Numbered from the stretch's first letter, positions 30,288 through 40,468 are shown. The stretch is 64,000 nt of DNA from an uncultured bacterium (GCA_937863685.1 CALMGM010000012.1:1816-65815), one strand, 5' to 3'. Made by a program: numbers and translations. The notes: generated by a model not told the origin, from the letters alone.

Positions 30288-32540
30288 ATGACCAAACATC
30301 AGGAACCTGCCGTAGATATAAAACTGGCCCGGAGCTTCGGGCTCAACCAGGAGGAATTCGACAGCATCCAGCGGATAATGGGGCGGATGCCCAGCTATAC
30401 CGAACTGGGGATCTTTTCGGTGCTGTGGTCTGAGCACTGCTCCTACAAAAATTCCAAGCCACTTTTAAAACTGTTTCCCACCCGGGCACCCCAGGTACTG
30501 CAGGGGCCGGGGGAGAACGCCGGGATAGTGGACATCGGGGACGGGTTGGGGATCGCCATGAAGGTGGAGAGCCACAATCATCCCTCGGCCATCGAACCCT
30601 ACCAGGGGGCGGCCACCGGCATCGGCGGCATTTTGCGTGACATCTTCACCATGGGAGCCAGGCCCATCGCTTTGATGGACCCGCTGTACTTTGGATCGCT
30701 GGATGATGCACATGTCCGGCACTTGTTCTCCGGGGTGGTTTCCGGCATCGCCGATTACGGCAATTGCGTGGGCATTCCCACCGTAGGCGGATCGGTGGTG
30801 TTCGATGAGTCCTATACCACTAATCCGCTGGTCAACGTGATGTGCCTGGGGCTGGTGGAGAACAAGAAGATCATGCGGGGCTTCGCCTCCGGGCCGGGCA
30901 ATCTGGTGATCGCTGTCGGGGCCACCACCGGCCGGGACGGCATCCACGGGGCCACCTTTGCCTCGGAGGAGCTGTCCGAGGCATCTTCGGCCAAGCGCCC
31001 TTCTGTCCAGATAGGAGACCCCTTTACCAAAAAACTGCTGCTGGAGGCCACCCTGGAGCTGATCGAGTCCGGCCTGGCGGTCGGCATTCAGGACATGGGG
31101 GCGGCCGGGCTGACCAGCTCGTCCATCGAAATGGCCTCCCGGGCCGGGACCGGCCTGGAGATGGATATGGCCAAAGTACCGCTTCGGGAGACGGGCATGA
31201 CCCCTTATGAGATCATGCTGTCGGAATCCCAAGAGAGAATGGTGGTGGTGGCACCAAAAGAAAACTATGACCAGATCAAGGCGATATTTGATAAATGGGA
31301 ACTTCATTGCTCCTCAATAGGGGTGGTCACCAATGACGGGCATGTCCGGATAAAATGGGGTGAGAAGGTCTTTGCCGATATCCCGGTAAAGGCCCTGGTC
31401 GATGAAGCTCCGGTCTACGAAAGAGAAAGCAGGAAGCCGGGTTATCTTGACAAATTAAAGCAATTCATTCAAAACGACATAAAAGAACCAAAAGATCACA
31501 ATAAGTCGCTAAATAGTGTACTATCGGCGCCTACCATTGCCAGCAAACGCTGGGTATATCAGCAGTATGACCATCAGGTGCGGACCAACACTGCCGTTCT
31601 GCCGGGCTCCGATGCCGCAGTCTTGCGTATCCGCGGCACCAACAAGGCCATCGGCATCACCACCGACTGCAACGGGCGCTACTGCTATCTTAACCCGTTC
31701 AATGGCGGGGCCATAGCGGTGGCCGAGGCCGCCCGCAATCTGGCTTGCTCCGGGGCCAAGCCGCTGGGCCTGACCGACTGCCTGAATTTCGGCAATCCCT
31801 ACAAGCCGGAGGTTTTCTACCAGATGAAGCAGGCGGTGGAGGGGCTGGCCGAGGCCTGCAAGGTGCTGGAGGTGCCGGTGATCTCCGGCAACGTCAGCCT
31901 GTACAATGAAAGTTTGACCCACAGCGTCTATCCCACGCCCTTGATAGGCATGGTGGGGCTGATCGAAGATGTTTCCCACATCACCACCCAGTGGTTCAAG
32001 GAAGCCGGAGACATCGTATTTCTGGCCGGAGATATACAATCCCAGCCCGACATCGGGGGCTCGGAGTATCTAAAAGAGGTCCACGGCCAGGTGAATGGCG
32101 ATGCCCCGGCCATAGACCTGCAGGCCGAAAAGAAACTTCATAATTTCATAGGGGAGGCCATAAAGGCCGGTTTGGTGTGTTCGGCCCACGACTGCTCCGA
32201 GGGCGGGTTGGCCGTGGCCTTGGCCGAATGTTGCTTTGCTGACCTCTCCTCCAACCCCTCTCCCGATGGGCGAGGGGGGACGGGATTGACGGCCGATCTT
32301 TCCGGCCTGCCGGGAAGAGGCGATTTCAAGCTGTTCGCCGAGAATCAGAGCCGTGTCGTGTTGTCAAGCAAGGCAGAGGATGTTGAGAAATTGGTAAGCC
32401 TGGCAAAGAAGTATAGCATAGACATTTTGAAATTGGGGACTGTGGGCGGAGACCGGCTGGTGATAAAAGATCTGATAGACCTGCCGGTGGCCGAGGCCAG
32501 AAAGACCTGGGAAGAAGCCATACCAAACAAGATGAAGTGA
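30288..32540 (+). CDS. purL: Phosphoribosylformylglycinamidine synthase subunit PurL
   Basis: [38 protein letters not shown]. Confidence 0.97.
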   Translation: MTKHQEPAVDIKLARSFGLNQEEFDSIQRIMGRMPSYTELGIFSVLWSEHCSYKNSKPLLKLFPTRAPQVLQGPGENAGIVDIGDGLGIAMKVESHNHPSAIEPYQGAATGIGGILRDIFTMGARPIALMDPLYFGSLDDAHVRHLFSGVVSGIADYGNCVGIPTVGGSVVFDESYTTNPLVNVMCLGLVENKKIMRGFASGPGNLVIAVGATTGRDGIHGATFASEELSEASSAKRPSVQIGDPFTKKLLLEATLELIESGLAVGIQDMGAAGLTSSSIEMASRAGTGLEMDMAKVPLRETGMTPYEIMLSESQERMVVVAPKENYDQIKAIFDKWELHCSSIGVVTNDGHVRIKWGEKVFADIPVKALVDEAPVYERESRKPGYLDKLKQFIQNDIKEPKDHNKSLNSVLSAPTIASKRWVYQQYDHQVRTNTAVLPGSDAAVLRIRGTNKAIGITTDCNGRYCYLNPFNGGAIAVAEAARNLACSGAKPLGLTDCLNFGNPYKPEVFYQMKQAVEGLAEACKVLEVPVISGNVSLYNESLTHSVYPTPLIGMVGLIEDVSHITTQWFKEAGDIVFLAGDIQSQPDIGGSEYLKEVHGQVNGDAPAIDLQAEKKLHNFIGEAIKAGLVCSAHDCSEGGLAVALAECCFADLSSNPSPDGRGGTGLTADLSGLPGRGDFKLFAENQSRVVLSSKAEDVEKLVSLAKKYSIDILKLGTVGGDRLVIKDLIDLPVAEARKTWEEAIPNKMK
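32241..32279. repeat. REP-like hairpin inside the purL coding sequence
   Basis: GACCTCTCCTCCAA-CCCCTCTCCC-GAT-GGGCGAGGGG, resembling the intergenic GACCTC..CCCTCTCC family. Confidence 0.6.
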
Positions 32541-32592
32541 GATGAAGAACCCGATCGAATGATCGGGTTCTATTTTAATCTTTGGAGGCAGT

Positions 32593-34407
32593 ATGAAAAG
32601 GTTCTCCTGTGTTTGGGTCATGCTGGTTATCTTTGCTGGCTCTTTGCTGGCCCAGGGCATGACCCCCAAAAACGATACCCTGCTCCAAGTGGGTGATTCT
32701 TTCAAGAACCAGTCCCTGCAACAGGCCGAATCACTATTGGTGGAACACAGCCAGCAGAAACAGTTGGATTCCCTGGTTCAGGCCGAGCTTCGCCGGGAGA
32801 TGCAGAAGATCAATCTTGATATCCGGAAGCAGAAGGAGCTTGAAGATAAGCTTAACAGCATAGCGGTAGCCGATTCCCTAAAGAATCTGCAGCGCCTGCA
32901 GCGCATAGAAGAGCTCAAAAAAAGCAGCCCGGGGTTCCCGGTGGCGCCTTTCGGCGACACCCTTTTCAGCATCAATACCCGGATCGGTTCTTTCCAGCCG
33001 GCCGAGAGGGCTGCGGCCGTGGCCGAAAGGATTCAAAAACTGGCCGCTGGTGAAAATTTCGATCCCGATTCCCTGCTGGTGGTTCCGTCCGAAAACAGCA
33101 GCGATATATCCTATGGCGAGCTGGTAGTGATGGCGGTCACCGACCTGGATGCCCTGTGGTATTCCCGCAGTCGGGAAGAACTGGCCGGGGAATATGCCGC
33201 TGGAATTAGAAAGGCGGTGACGGCCCAGCAGAAGACCAACAGCATTTTGAGCTGGCTGACCCGTATCGCTCTGGTGTTGGCCATCATGATCGGCGTGGCC
33301 ATTGTCTTCTACCTGGTCAACCGGATATTCAACCGGTCGCGTGATTTCCTGCTGCATAATAAGGATCGTTATTTCAAGGGATTTTCCATAAAAAAGGTCC
33401 GCCTGCTGACGCCCGCCCAAAATCTGAGAATTGTGCTGTTTGCCAATAACCTGTTGCGGTTGCTGACGCTGTTCTTTGCCTTCTATCTGGCCCTGCCCCT
33501 GCTGTTCGGAATTTTCCCGGAGACCAGGTCATGGGCCGCCGTCCTGTGGAAATGGGTGGCCAATCCGGCGGGGAGCATAATGCTGGGCATCTGGAATTAC
33601 CTGCCCAAACTTTTCACGGTGATCGTTCTGGTCCTGGTGGCCCGCTATACCGTCAAACTGCTTAAGTTTCTGTCCATGCAGATAGCCCGGGGCACCCTGG
33701 TGATAAAGGGCTTCTATCCGGACTGGGCCAAACCGACCTTTGACATCGTCCGCTTTTTGCTGTATGCCTTCTTTTTCATCGTCATCTTTCCCTATCTGCC
33801 GGGATCGAACTCGCCGATATTCAAGGGGGTGTCTCTATTTCTGGGAGTATTATTCTCGCTGGGCTCGTCCTCGGCCATCGCCAACGTGATCGCCGGGCTG
33901 GTGATAACCTACATGCGGCCCTTCAAGATAGGGGACCGGATCAAGCTGGGCGAGGTCACCGGCGACGTGATCGACAAGACCTTTCTGGTCACCCGGATCC
34001 GGACCATCAAGAACGAGGATATCACCGTTCCCAACTCCACCGTCATGTCCAACTACACGGTGAATTACTCCACCTCCAGCCGGGATCTGGGGCTGATACT
34101 CAACACCACCGTCACCATAGGATACAACGTCCCCTGGCAGAAGGTGCACCAACTGCTGATCGCGGCGGCCAAGGATACCGAGGGGATACTGAAGGATAAG
34201 GAACCGTTTGTCCTGCAGGTCAGCCTGGACGATTTCTTCGTCACCTACCAGCTGAACGCCTACACCGCCGAGGCCCAGGCCATGGCGGTGACCTATTCCC
34301 GTTTGCACCAGAACATCCAGGACAAGTTCAACCAGGCCGGGGTGGAGATCATGTCGCCTCATTACAGGGCTATGAGGGACGGCAACAAACCGGCCATGCC
34401 GCAGTGA
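32593..34407 (+). CDS. MscS family mechanosensitive channel with periplasmic N-terminal domain
   Basis: Signal peptide, several TMs, RPFKIGDRI, G.V......TRIRT, VPNS, IEIMSP-like end (VEIMSP). Confidence 0.9.
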   Translation: MKRFSCVWVMLVIFAGSLLAQGMTPKNDTLLQVGDSFKNQSLQQAESLLVEHSQQKQLDSLVQAELRREMQKINLDIRKQKELEDKLNSIAVADSLKNLQRLQRIEELKKSSPGFPVAPFGDTLFSINTRIGSFQPAERAAAVAERIQKLAAGENFDPDSLLVVPSENSSDISYGELVVMAVTDLDALWYSRSREELAGEYAAGIRKAVTAQQKTNSILSWLTRIALVLAIMIGVAIVFYLVNRIFNRSRDFLLHNKDRYFKGFSIKKVRLLTPAQNLRIVLFANNLLRLLTLFFAFYLALPLLFGIFPETRSWAAVLWKWVANPAGSIMLGIWNYLPKLFTVIVLVLVARYTVKLLKFLSMQIARGTLVIKGFYPDWAKPTFDIVRFLLYAFFFIVIFPYLPGSNSPIFKGVSLFLGVLFSLGSSSAIANVIAGLVITYMRPFKIGDRIKLGEVTGDVIDKTFLVTRIRTIKNEDITVPNSTVMSNYTVNYSTSSRDLGLILNTTVTIGYNVPWQKVHQLLIAAAKDTEGILKDKEPFVLQVSLDDFFVTYQLNAYTAEAQAMAVTYSRLHQNIQDKFNQAGVEIMSPHYRAMRDGNKPAMPQ

Positions 34408-34419
34408 TTAGGGCCTTAA

Positions 34420-34513
34420 TAGGACGCTGATTTTCGCAGATTATACGGATTTGGTTAAGGATCGTTTTGAGGTCATTGCGAGGATTTCTGCTATCTCACA
34501 AGTGAAGCAATCC
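34420..34513. repeat. REP-like elements
   Basis: ACGCTGATTTTCGCAGATTATACGGATT; GTCATTGCGAG-N21-GAAGCAATCC (34472-34513). Confidence 0.75.
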
Positions 34514-34560
34514 ACGCTTGTCGTCTTGTAAATATTAAAAAAGGCTAAAACACACAGCCC

Positions 34561-34589
34561 TTGACAAACCCTCTATTAGGCCTTATATT
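34561..34589 (+). promoter_or_regulatory. sigma70 promoter of msrA
   Basis: TTGACA-N17-TATATT, then AAGGAGG RBS. Confidence 0.75.
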
Positions 34590-34609
34590 GGCTTAAGGAG
34601 GGTTTCCTT

Positions 34610-35194
34610 ATGAATAAAAAGATCTACCTCAGCCTGTTGGCTTTTCTGCTGGGCTTTTCTTTGACACTTAATTCTCAAACGACAAGCAAAGAAGTAATAA
34701 AAAGAAAACAAACAAAGGAAATAAAAATGGAAACCGCCATATTCGCGGCCGGATGTTTCTGGGGAGTGGAGGCCGACTTTCAGAAATTGAAAGGCGTTGT
34801 CACCACCGAGGTGGGCTACACCGGCGGCCACACCAAGGATCCCAGCTACCAGCAGGTCTGCACCGACACCACCGGCCACGCCGAGTCCATCCGTATAACC
34901 TACGACCCGGCGGTCATCAGCTATGATGACCTGTTAAAGGTCTTTTGGGAGAATCACAACCCCACCACCCCCGACCGCCAGGGCCCGGATGTGGGCTCGC
35001 AGTATCGCTCGGCCATTTTCTACACCACTCCGGAACAGCAGAAGGCGGCCCAGGCCTCCAGGGAGAAGCTGGACAAGTCGCACAAATATTCCAAGCCGAT
35101 AGTCACCGAGATCACCAAGGCCGGCGAATTCTACCGGGCCGAGGAATACCACCAGCAGTATTACCAAAAGAAGGGCGGCGGCAGTTGTAAATAA
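34610..35194 (+). CDS. msrA: Peptide methionine sulfoxide reductase A with N-terminal signal-like extension
   Basis: GCFWG, GHAE, QG.D.GSQYRS, AEEYHQ.Y, C-terminal Cys. Confidence 0.95.
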   Translation: MNKKIYLSLLAFLLGFSLTLNSQTTSKEVIKRKQTKEIKMETAIFAAGCFWGVEADFQKLKGVVTTEVGYTGGHTKDPSYQQVCTDTTGHAESIRITYDPAVISYDDLLKVFWENHNPTTPDRQGPDVGSQYRSAIFYTTPEQQKAAQASREKLDKSHKYSKPIVTEITKAGEFYRAEEYHQQYYQKKGGGSCK

Positions 35195-35199
35195 TAATT

Positions 35200-35710
35200 G
35201 CTCCCTCGCCAAATTTATTTGGAGAGGGAGGGGGTGAGGTCCTTTTTAAAAGCCTGGATTCCTGTCTTCACAGGAATGACAAAACCACTCTCCCTCTGGG
35301 GGGTCTTTTAATTCTTATGGATTCCAGCCGGAGTTTATGCTGAATGCAATGAAGTGCTGGAATGACAAAACCTCTCCCCCTCTGGGGGAGGGCCTGCACT
35401 GAGAAATTCCTACAGCTTGCCTGCCGAAGTGGGCAGGGGAGGGGTCAGCCCGCAGCAATCCGGGCTTTTTCGACCACCCCCTTGATCCCCTCCTTAGAGC
35501 AAGGAGAGGACGGAGGGGCGGTTTTTTCTTGACTTTATTCTTGCCAGTATATAAACTATTAACTAACAACGGTCACCACTTCATCGGTAATATAACAGTT
35601 GTCTCAGTGCAGGCTCTGAGAATTGCATACGCCCTGACATCAGGATGACAATCTTATATTAATACACCTAGAAACAGTTAAATACTTTGTGCCTTGGTGT
35701 CTTGGTGGCA
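35200..35710. repeat. Largest mosaic REP-like cluster in the window (about 500 bp)
   Basis: Several CCCTC..GAGGG hairpins; CTGGATTCC..GGAATGACA (35254-35281) and GGATTCC..GGAATGACA (35319-35367); two CTCAGTGCAGGC modules; CAGGATGAC; CTTTGTGCCTTGGTGTCTTGGTGGC. Confidence 0.85.
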
Positions 35711-35722
35711 AAGGAATTGAAT

Positions 35723-36592
35723 ATGATCAAAGAAATAAAAGCCAAGACCATGCTGTCGCACGTTCCCGGACCCGACGGCTGGTTCGGCCTTAAATACAAC
35801 ATGAACCTCTACCGTGGCTGTTCCCACGGCTGCATCTACTGCGATTCCCGCAGTTCCTGCTACCGGATAGAGAATTTCTCCGACATCCTGGTCAAAATTA
35901 ACGCCATTGACCTGCTCAAAAAAGAACTGCCTTCCAAGAGGGTCAAGGGCACCATCGGCACCGGCTCCATGAATGATCCCTACCAGCCGGCCGAGAAACA
36001 ATTTCAACTGACCAAGAAATCGTTGGAGTTGATGGTCAAACACGGCTTCCCGGTGCATATCATCACCAAGAGCGACCTGGTGCTGCGGGATGTCGATATT
36101 TTGCGGGAAATATCGAAGACCTATGCCGCGGTGACCTTCACCGTCATCACCACCGATGATAAGCTGGCCGGGATCATCGAGCCCGGAGCGCCGCCGCCGT
36201 CAAAAAGGCTAAAGACCATCGAGACCCTAAGCCGGGCTGGCGTCTATACCGGCATCACCATGATGCCATTATTACCGTTCATCACCGACACCGAGGAGAA
36301 CGTCAAAGATATCGTCCGCCGGGCCAAGGACAGCGGGGCCAAATATATCATTCCAGTCTTCGGCATGTCGATAAGGACCGGACAAAGGGAATACTATTAT
36401 CAGAAGCTGGATGAACATTTCCCCGGATTGAAGACGAAATACGAGAAGAATTACGGAATGCGATATCAGTGCCCCTCGCCGGACCATGCCCGGTTGGAAA
36501 AAGTATTTCTTGAAGCCTGCGACAAAAATGCCATCCGGCCCGGCATGGAATTCTTCACTCCCTGTAAAAAAGAACAACCAACATTGTTTTAA
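35723..36592 (+). CDS. Radical SAM protein, spore-photoproduct-lyase-like family
   Basis: NLYRGCSHGCIYC, DPYQP.E, ITKS, EPGAP. Confidence 0.9.
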   Translation: MIKEIKAKTMLSHVPGPDGWFGLKYNMNLYRGCSHGCIYCDSRSSCYRIENFSDILVKINAIDLLKKELPSKRVKGTIGTGSMNDPYQPAEKQFQLTKKSLELMVKHGFPVHIITKSDLVLRDVDILREISKTYAAVTFTVITTDDKLAGIIEPGAPPPSKRLKTIETLSRAGVYTGITMMPLLPFITDTEENVKDIVRRAKDSGAKYIIPVFGMSIRTGQREYYYQKLDEHFPGLKTKYEKNYGMRYQCPSPDHARLEKVFLEACDKNAIRPGMEFFTPCKKEQPTLF

Positions 36593-36601
36593 GAGGTTGT
36601 C

Positions 36602-37384
36602 ATGAAAATAAAAGATCTGGAAAGTTCCGATCTGCCGTCGTATTTCCTGTGCCTGGAGGACTGGTCCGACCAGATCAAGGAGGCCGGAAATCACAAAGAG
36701 ATCTGGTACGGCAAGATGAAGGACCAGGGCCTGCGGGTCAAGCTGGCGGTGGACGACAACGGCGTGGCCGGCGGCATGATCCAATATATGCCCATCGAAT
36801 ATTCGACCGCCGAGGGCAAGGATTTGTACTTTGTCAATTGCATCTGGGTGCACGGATACAAGCAGGGACGGGGTAATTTCCAGAAGGCCGGGATGGGGCA
36901 GGCCTTGCTGAAGGCCGCTGAGGAGGATGTCCGTGCATTGGGCGCCAAGGGGCTGGCCGCCTGGGGCCTGATTCTGCCTTTTTGGATGAAGGCTGCCTGG
37001 TACAAGAAGCATGGCTACAAAAAGGCCGACCGGGACGGCATCAGTCAGCTGGTCTGGAAGCCATTCAGCGATGACGCAACGGCGCCCAAATGGATCAAGC
37101 AGAAGGCCAGACCGCGAAAGAAACCGGGGGTGGTAACGGTCACTTCGTTCATCAACGGCTGGTGCCCGGCCCAGAATCTGACCCACGAGAGGGCCAGACG
37201 GGCGGCCTCCGAATTCGGCGGCAAGGTCGTTTTTGAAACGGTGGATACCTTCGATCGTCAGAACTTCCTAAAATGGGGCATATCAGACGGACTTTTCATA
37301 GATGGCAAGCAGGTCAATACCGGCCCGCCGCCTTCATTTGAAAAGATCAGGAAGATCATAGAAGCAAGAGTTAAAAAGCTTTAG
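36602..37384 (+). CDS. GNAT family N-acetyltransferase with C-terminal thioredoxin-like domain
   Basis: QKAGMGQALL acetyl-CoA motif, WYKKHGY, GWCP. Confidence 0.8.
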   Translation: MKIKDLESSDLPSYFLCLEDWSDQIKEAGNHKEIWYGKMKDQGLRVKLAVDDNGVAGGMIQYMPIEYSTAEGKDLYFVNCIWVHGYKQGRGNFQKAGMGQALLKAAEEDVRALGAKGLAAWGLILPFWMKAAWYKKHGYKKADRDGISQLVWKPFSDDATAPKWIKQKARPRKKPGVVTVTSFINGWCPAQNLTHERARRAASEFGGKVVFETVDTFDRQNFLKWGISDGLFIDGKQVNTGPPPSFEKIRKIIEARVKKL

Positions 37385-37409
37385 ATATCGTATTTCTTAA
37401 AGAGCTTTA

Positions 37410-38186
37410 ATGCAGAGAACCGTTTCTACAATAGATATATCCAAAATTCCGTCCAGTATCGCCGTGCTTGTCGGCGAGGCCCGGGTATATAACAGCAGTT
37501 GTTCCGAAACCGCCCAGACATTTTTTATTGAGGGGAAGGATCGCTTTTATCTTAAAATGCACCGGAAGGGCGCATTACTTCGCGAGTACCAAATGACTTG
37601 TTTTTTGAACCGGCATGGACTTGCTCCCCACCCGATCGTCTATGAAGCCGAAAGTAATAATGATTACCTGCTGACCGAAGCCTTGCCCGGCGAGGACGGC
37701 ATTTCGGGCGGGCATCTGGAGGAACCCCGAAAGCTGGCGGCCGTGTTCGGCGAGAGCCTCAGGGAATTGCATTCCTTGTCAGGCGAAGGATGCCCTTGCA
37801 ATAACAGGACGGCCGAGATGCTGAAGGAGATAGACGATAAAATGGCATCCGGCCCGGGAGATACTGCCATATTGGCCGAAGGGAAACTGCGCGCCTTTAA
37901 AAAAATGTCGGAGATGAAACATATTGCCCTGGATGATACGGTGCTTCACGGTGACTACTGCCTGCCCAACATCATAATGGAGAATTATCGTTTGAGTGGC
38001 TTTGTGGATCTGGGGTACGGCGGTATCGGCGACAGGCATCATGATATTTTCTGGGGAATTTGGACATTGAACTATAATCTGAGAACCAATTCCTATCGGG
38101 ATATCTTTCTGGATGCCTACGGCCGAAGCGATCTGGATCCGGACAGGCTGGAATTGTACCGTCTGATAGCAGGGTTGACCGGATAG
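37410..38186 (+). CDS. Aminoglycoside phosphotransferase, APH(3')-like
   Basis: YLK, L.E, LHSL..CP, catalytic HGDYCLPNI, FVDLG..G.GDR..D. Confidence 0.82.
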   Translation: MQRTVSTIDISKIPSSIAVLVGEARVYNSSCSETAQTFFIEGKDRFYLKMHRKGALLREYQMTCFLNRHGLAPHPIVYEAESNNDYLLTEALPGEDGISGGHLEEPRKLAAVFGESLRELHSLSGEGCPCNNRTAEMLKEIDDKMASGPGDTAILAEGKLRAFKKMSEMKHIALDDTVLHGDYCLPNIIMENYRLSGFVDLGYGGIGDRHHDIFWGIWTLNYNLRTNSYRDIFLDAYGRSDLDPDRLELYRLIAGLTG

Positions 38187-38330
38187 GATAACCTGTGTCC
38201 CCGGACATCAGATCAACACCGGCCCGCCGCCTTCGTATCGGAAGTTGCTGAAACAGGGCTGTAATTTCTATTTTCAATGTCTAGGATATTTTAACTTGAA
38301 AAGAACCCGGCATAAATGTTATGTTGAGAC

Positions 38331-39740
38331 ATGCACTCAAACCCAGTAAAATATCATAGAAAAGATTTTTGGCTGACGTCCGAAGCCGGCGGCCGGAAAG
38401 CTTATCATCCCTATTACATACAGAGGGAAAAGGCCTCGTTGCTGCAGTTGATCGGCAAGTGGAACGAGGCCGAGGCCATTATCCGCAGCAGCCTGGAATT
38501 TGCCGATTCCATGCCGAATGCCTGGCTGGGCGCCAAATGCCGGAGTCTGCTCAGCGCTATATTGATCCTGAAGGGGGATTATGACCAGGCTTTCCGGCTG
38601 GCCGACCAGGCGTCGGAAACCTTCCGTTCTCTGGGGGATCTCAAGGAGATGGCGCTGTCGCACAGCTATCTGGGCAATATCTTCTACAAGCAGTGCAATT
38701 ACGACAAGGCCATGGGTTATTATAAAGAGTACCTGGCGATGTCCGAAAAGGAGGGGAAACTGGAGGATGTGGGGCATGCCTTGGGGCTGATAGGGGTCAT
38801 CTACTACGACCAGGGCCGCTATGATGAAGCAATGGATTATTACCGTCGCCAGATGGAGACCCTTGAGAGTATCAACGACACTTTGCGGATGTCCTGGGCC
38901 CTGGGAAACATCGGCAACGTTTATCTGGACCGCGAGGATTACGCCGGGGCCATGGAATATTACCAGCGTTCCCTGATATGCAGCCGCAAGGCGGGAAATA
39001 AACAGGGGACCTGCATGACCGTGGGCAACATCGCCATCATTCAGGCCAAGACCGGGCGCTACCGGGAAGCCCTGGAGGGATACCGGGAACAGCAGTCCCT
39101 GGCCAATGAAATGGGCGACGAACGCATGGTGGCCTACACCATGGTCAACATGGGGGACCTGTATTACAACCAGGGACAGCTGGAACGGGCCAGGGAGTGT
39201 TATCTGGAACAGCTCCGGATATCCAATCTTTACGGCGACAAACCGATAACCAGTTTTGGCTACTACATGCTGGGCAAGCTGGAGAGATTGTCCGGCAATC
39301 TGGGGAGCTCTGAAAAGTATCTGGATCAGGCCACGGCCCTGGGGCGGGAGATAAACCTATTGCATTACCTGTGCTCGTATCTCTACCAGCAGGCCCTGAA
39401 TTACTGCGATACCGGCAGAGCGGAGCTGGCCGCAGCGACCGCCGGGGAGGCCCTGGAGATCGCCGGTCGGGTCTCCAACCGGGAGATCACCGTAAGCGGC
39501 AGCATATTGAAACTGAAGTTGAATTACCGGGATGACCGGGAGTCCTTGATCGAAAAGCTTCTGGCCCTGTCCTCCGAGTATGCCGAGCCGCGTTTCAAGG
39601 CAGAGATCGAATACGCCCTGTTCCACGCGAACCGTTCCGAAGAACACCGGGAGAAGGCCCTGGCGCTCTACCGCAGCCTTTTTGCCGTCACGCCGGAATA
39701 CGAACACCGGATTAAAATAGACGCACTGGAGACCGCCTGA
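38331..39740 (+). CDS. Tetratricopeptide repeat protein
   Basis: Repeated ~40-aa units LG.IY..G.Y..A..YY. Confidence 0.88.
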   Translation: MHSNPVKYHRKDFWLTSEAGGRKAYHPYYIQREKASLLQLIGKWNEAEAIIRSSLEFADSMPNAWLGAKCRSLLSAILILKGDYDQAFRLADQASETFRSLGDLKEMALSHSYLGNIFYKQCNYDKAMGYYKEYLAMSEKEGKLEDVGHALGLIGVIYYDQGRYDEAMDYYRRQMETLESINDTLRMSWALGNIGNVYLDREDYAGAMEYYQRSLICSRKAGNKQGTCMTVGNIAIIQAKTGRYREALEGYREQQSLANEMGDERMVAYTMVNMGDLYYNQGQLERARECYLEQLRISNLYGDKPITSFGYYMLGKLERLSGNLGSSEKYLDQATALGREINLLHYLCSYLYQQALNYCDTGRAELAAATAGEALEIAGRVSNREITVSGSILKLKLNYRDDRESLIEKLLALSSEYAEPRFKAEIEYALFHANRSEEHREKALALYRSLFAVTPEYEHRIKIDALETA

Positions 39741-39770
39741 ATCCGGTGTCCCAGCCGGCAATATCACCGA

Positions 39771-39810
39771 ATAAAAGCCTTTCGTAAATCTTCGAAAGGC
39801 TTTTATTTTA
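39771..39810. terminator. Intrinsic terminator (bidirectional form)
   Basis: ATAAAAGCCTTTCG..CGAAAGGCTTTTAT. Confidence 0.75.
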
Positions 39811-39857
39811 TGACTTTCAAATGTAAAACCCCCGATGAAAATATATGTTTATTTTGA

Positions 39858-39887
39858 TTGACAAGGCCGATTTTATTCTGATATCAT
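39858..39887 (+). promoter_or_regulatory. sigma70 promoter for the surface-protein operon
   Basis: TTGACA-N18-TATCAT with extended TG; GAGG RBS before 39917. Confidence 0.6.
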
Positions 39888-39916
39888 TCAATGTGATACT
39901 TTTTAACGAGAGGAAT

Positions 39917-40465
39917 ATGAAACAGTTAAGAGTTTTCTTGTTCATGCTTTTGACGACTGCCTCAGCCTCCGGGCTGCAGGCCCAGGACACCATAAAAGTG
40001 GGAGGGGCGGCCCCCACCTTCTTTCTGCCGGCCCTGGACGGCTCCCGGTTCTTTCTGTCCGAGCAGGTAGCCCCCAAGGGCCATAAAGCGGTGCTGCTGG
40101 ACTTTTACACCACCTGGTGCAAGCCCTGCCAGAAGGAGCTGCCCCTGCTGGACAGCCTGGTGAAAAGATATCCGTCCGATTCGCTGATAATGCTGCTGGT
40201 GGACGTAGGGGAGAAAAAGGACACCGTGCTCAAGTATTTCGACGCCGCCCGCTACCGTTGCACCGTCCTGCTGGACCAGTTCAACACCGTGGCCGACAAA
40301 TACAACGTCAAGAGCTTTCCCACCCTGGTGGTGATAGACGGCTCCGGGACCGTCCGCTTCATCGGGAACGGCTTCGACCAGAAAAAGGGGGTGGCCGAAC
40401 TGGGCAAGGTGCTGGACAGGGTGATTTACCAGAAAAAGATAAAAATCAAAAAAGCCAAGAGGTGA
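39917..40465 (+). CDS. Exported TlpA-family thiol-disulfide oxidoreductase
   Basis: Signal peptide, AP.F.L, WCKPC..ELP, cis-Pro FPT. Confidence 0.9.
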   Translation: MKQLRVFLFMLLTTASASGLQAQDTIKVGGAAPTFFLPALDGSRFFLSEQVAPKGHKAVLLDFYTTWCKPCQKELPLLDSLVKRYPSDSLIMLLVDVGEKKDTVLKYFDAARYRCTVLLDQFNTVADKYNVKSFPTLVVIDGSGTVRFIGNGFDQKKGVAELGKVLDRVIYQKKIKIKKAKR

Positions 40466-40468
40466 AGC

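Noticed and set aside
34610..40465. Selenoprotein (MsrA, TlpA) or stop-codon recoding
   Set aside because: Catalytic positions are Cys codons, and conserved genes are full length under the standard code.
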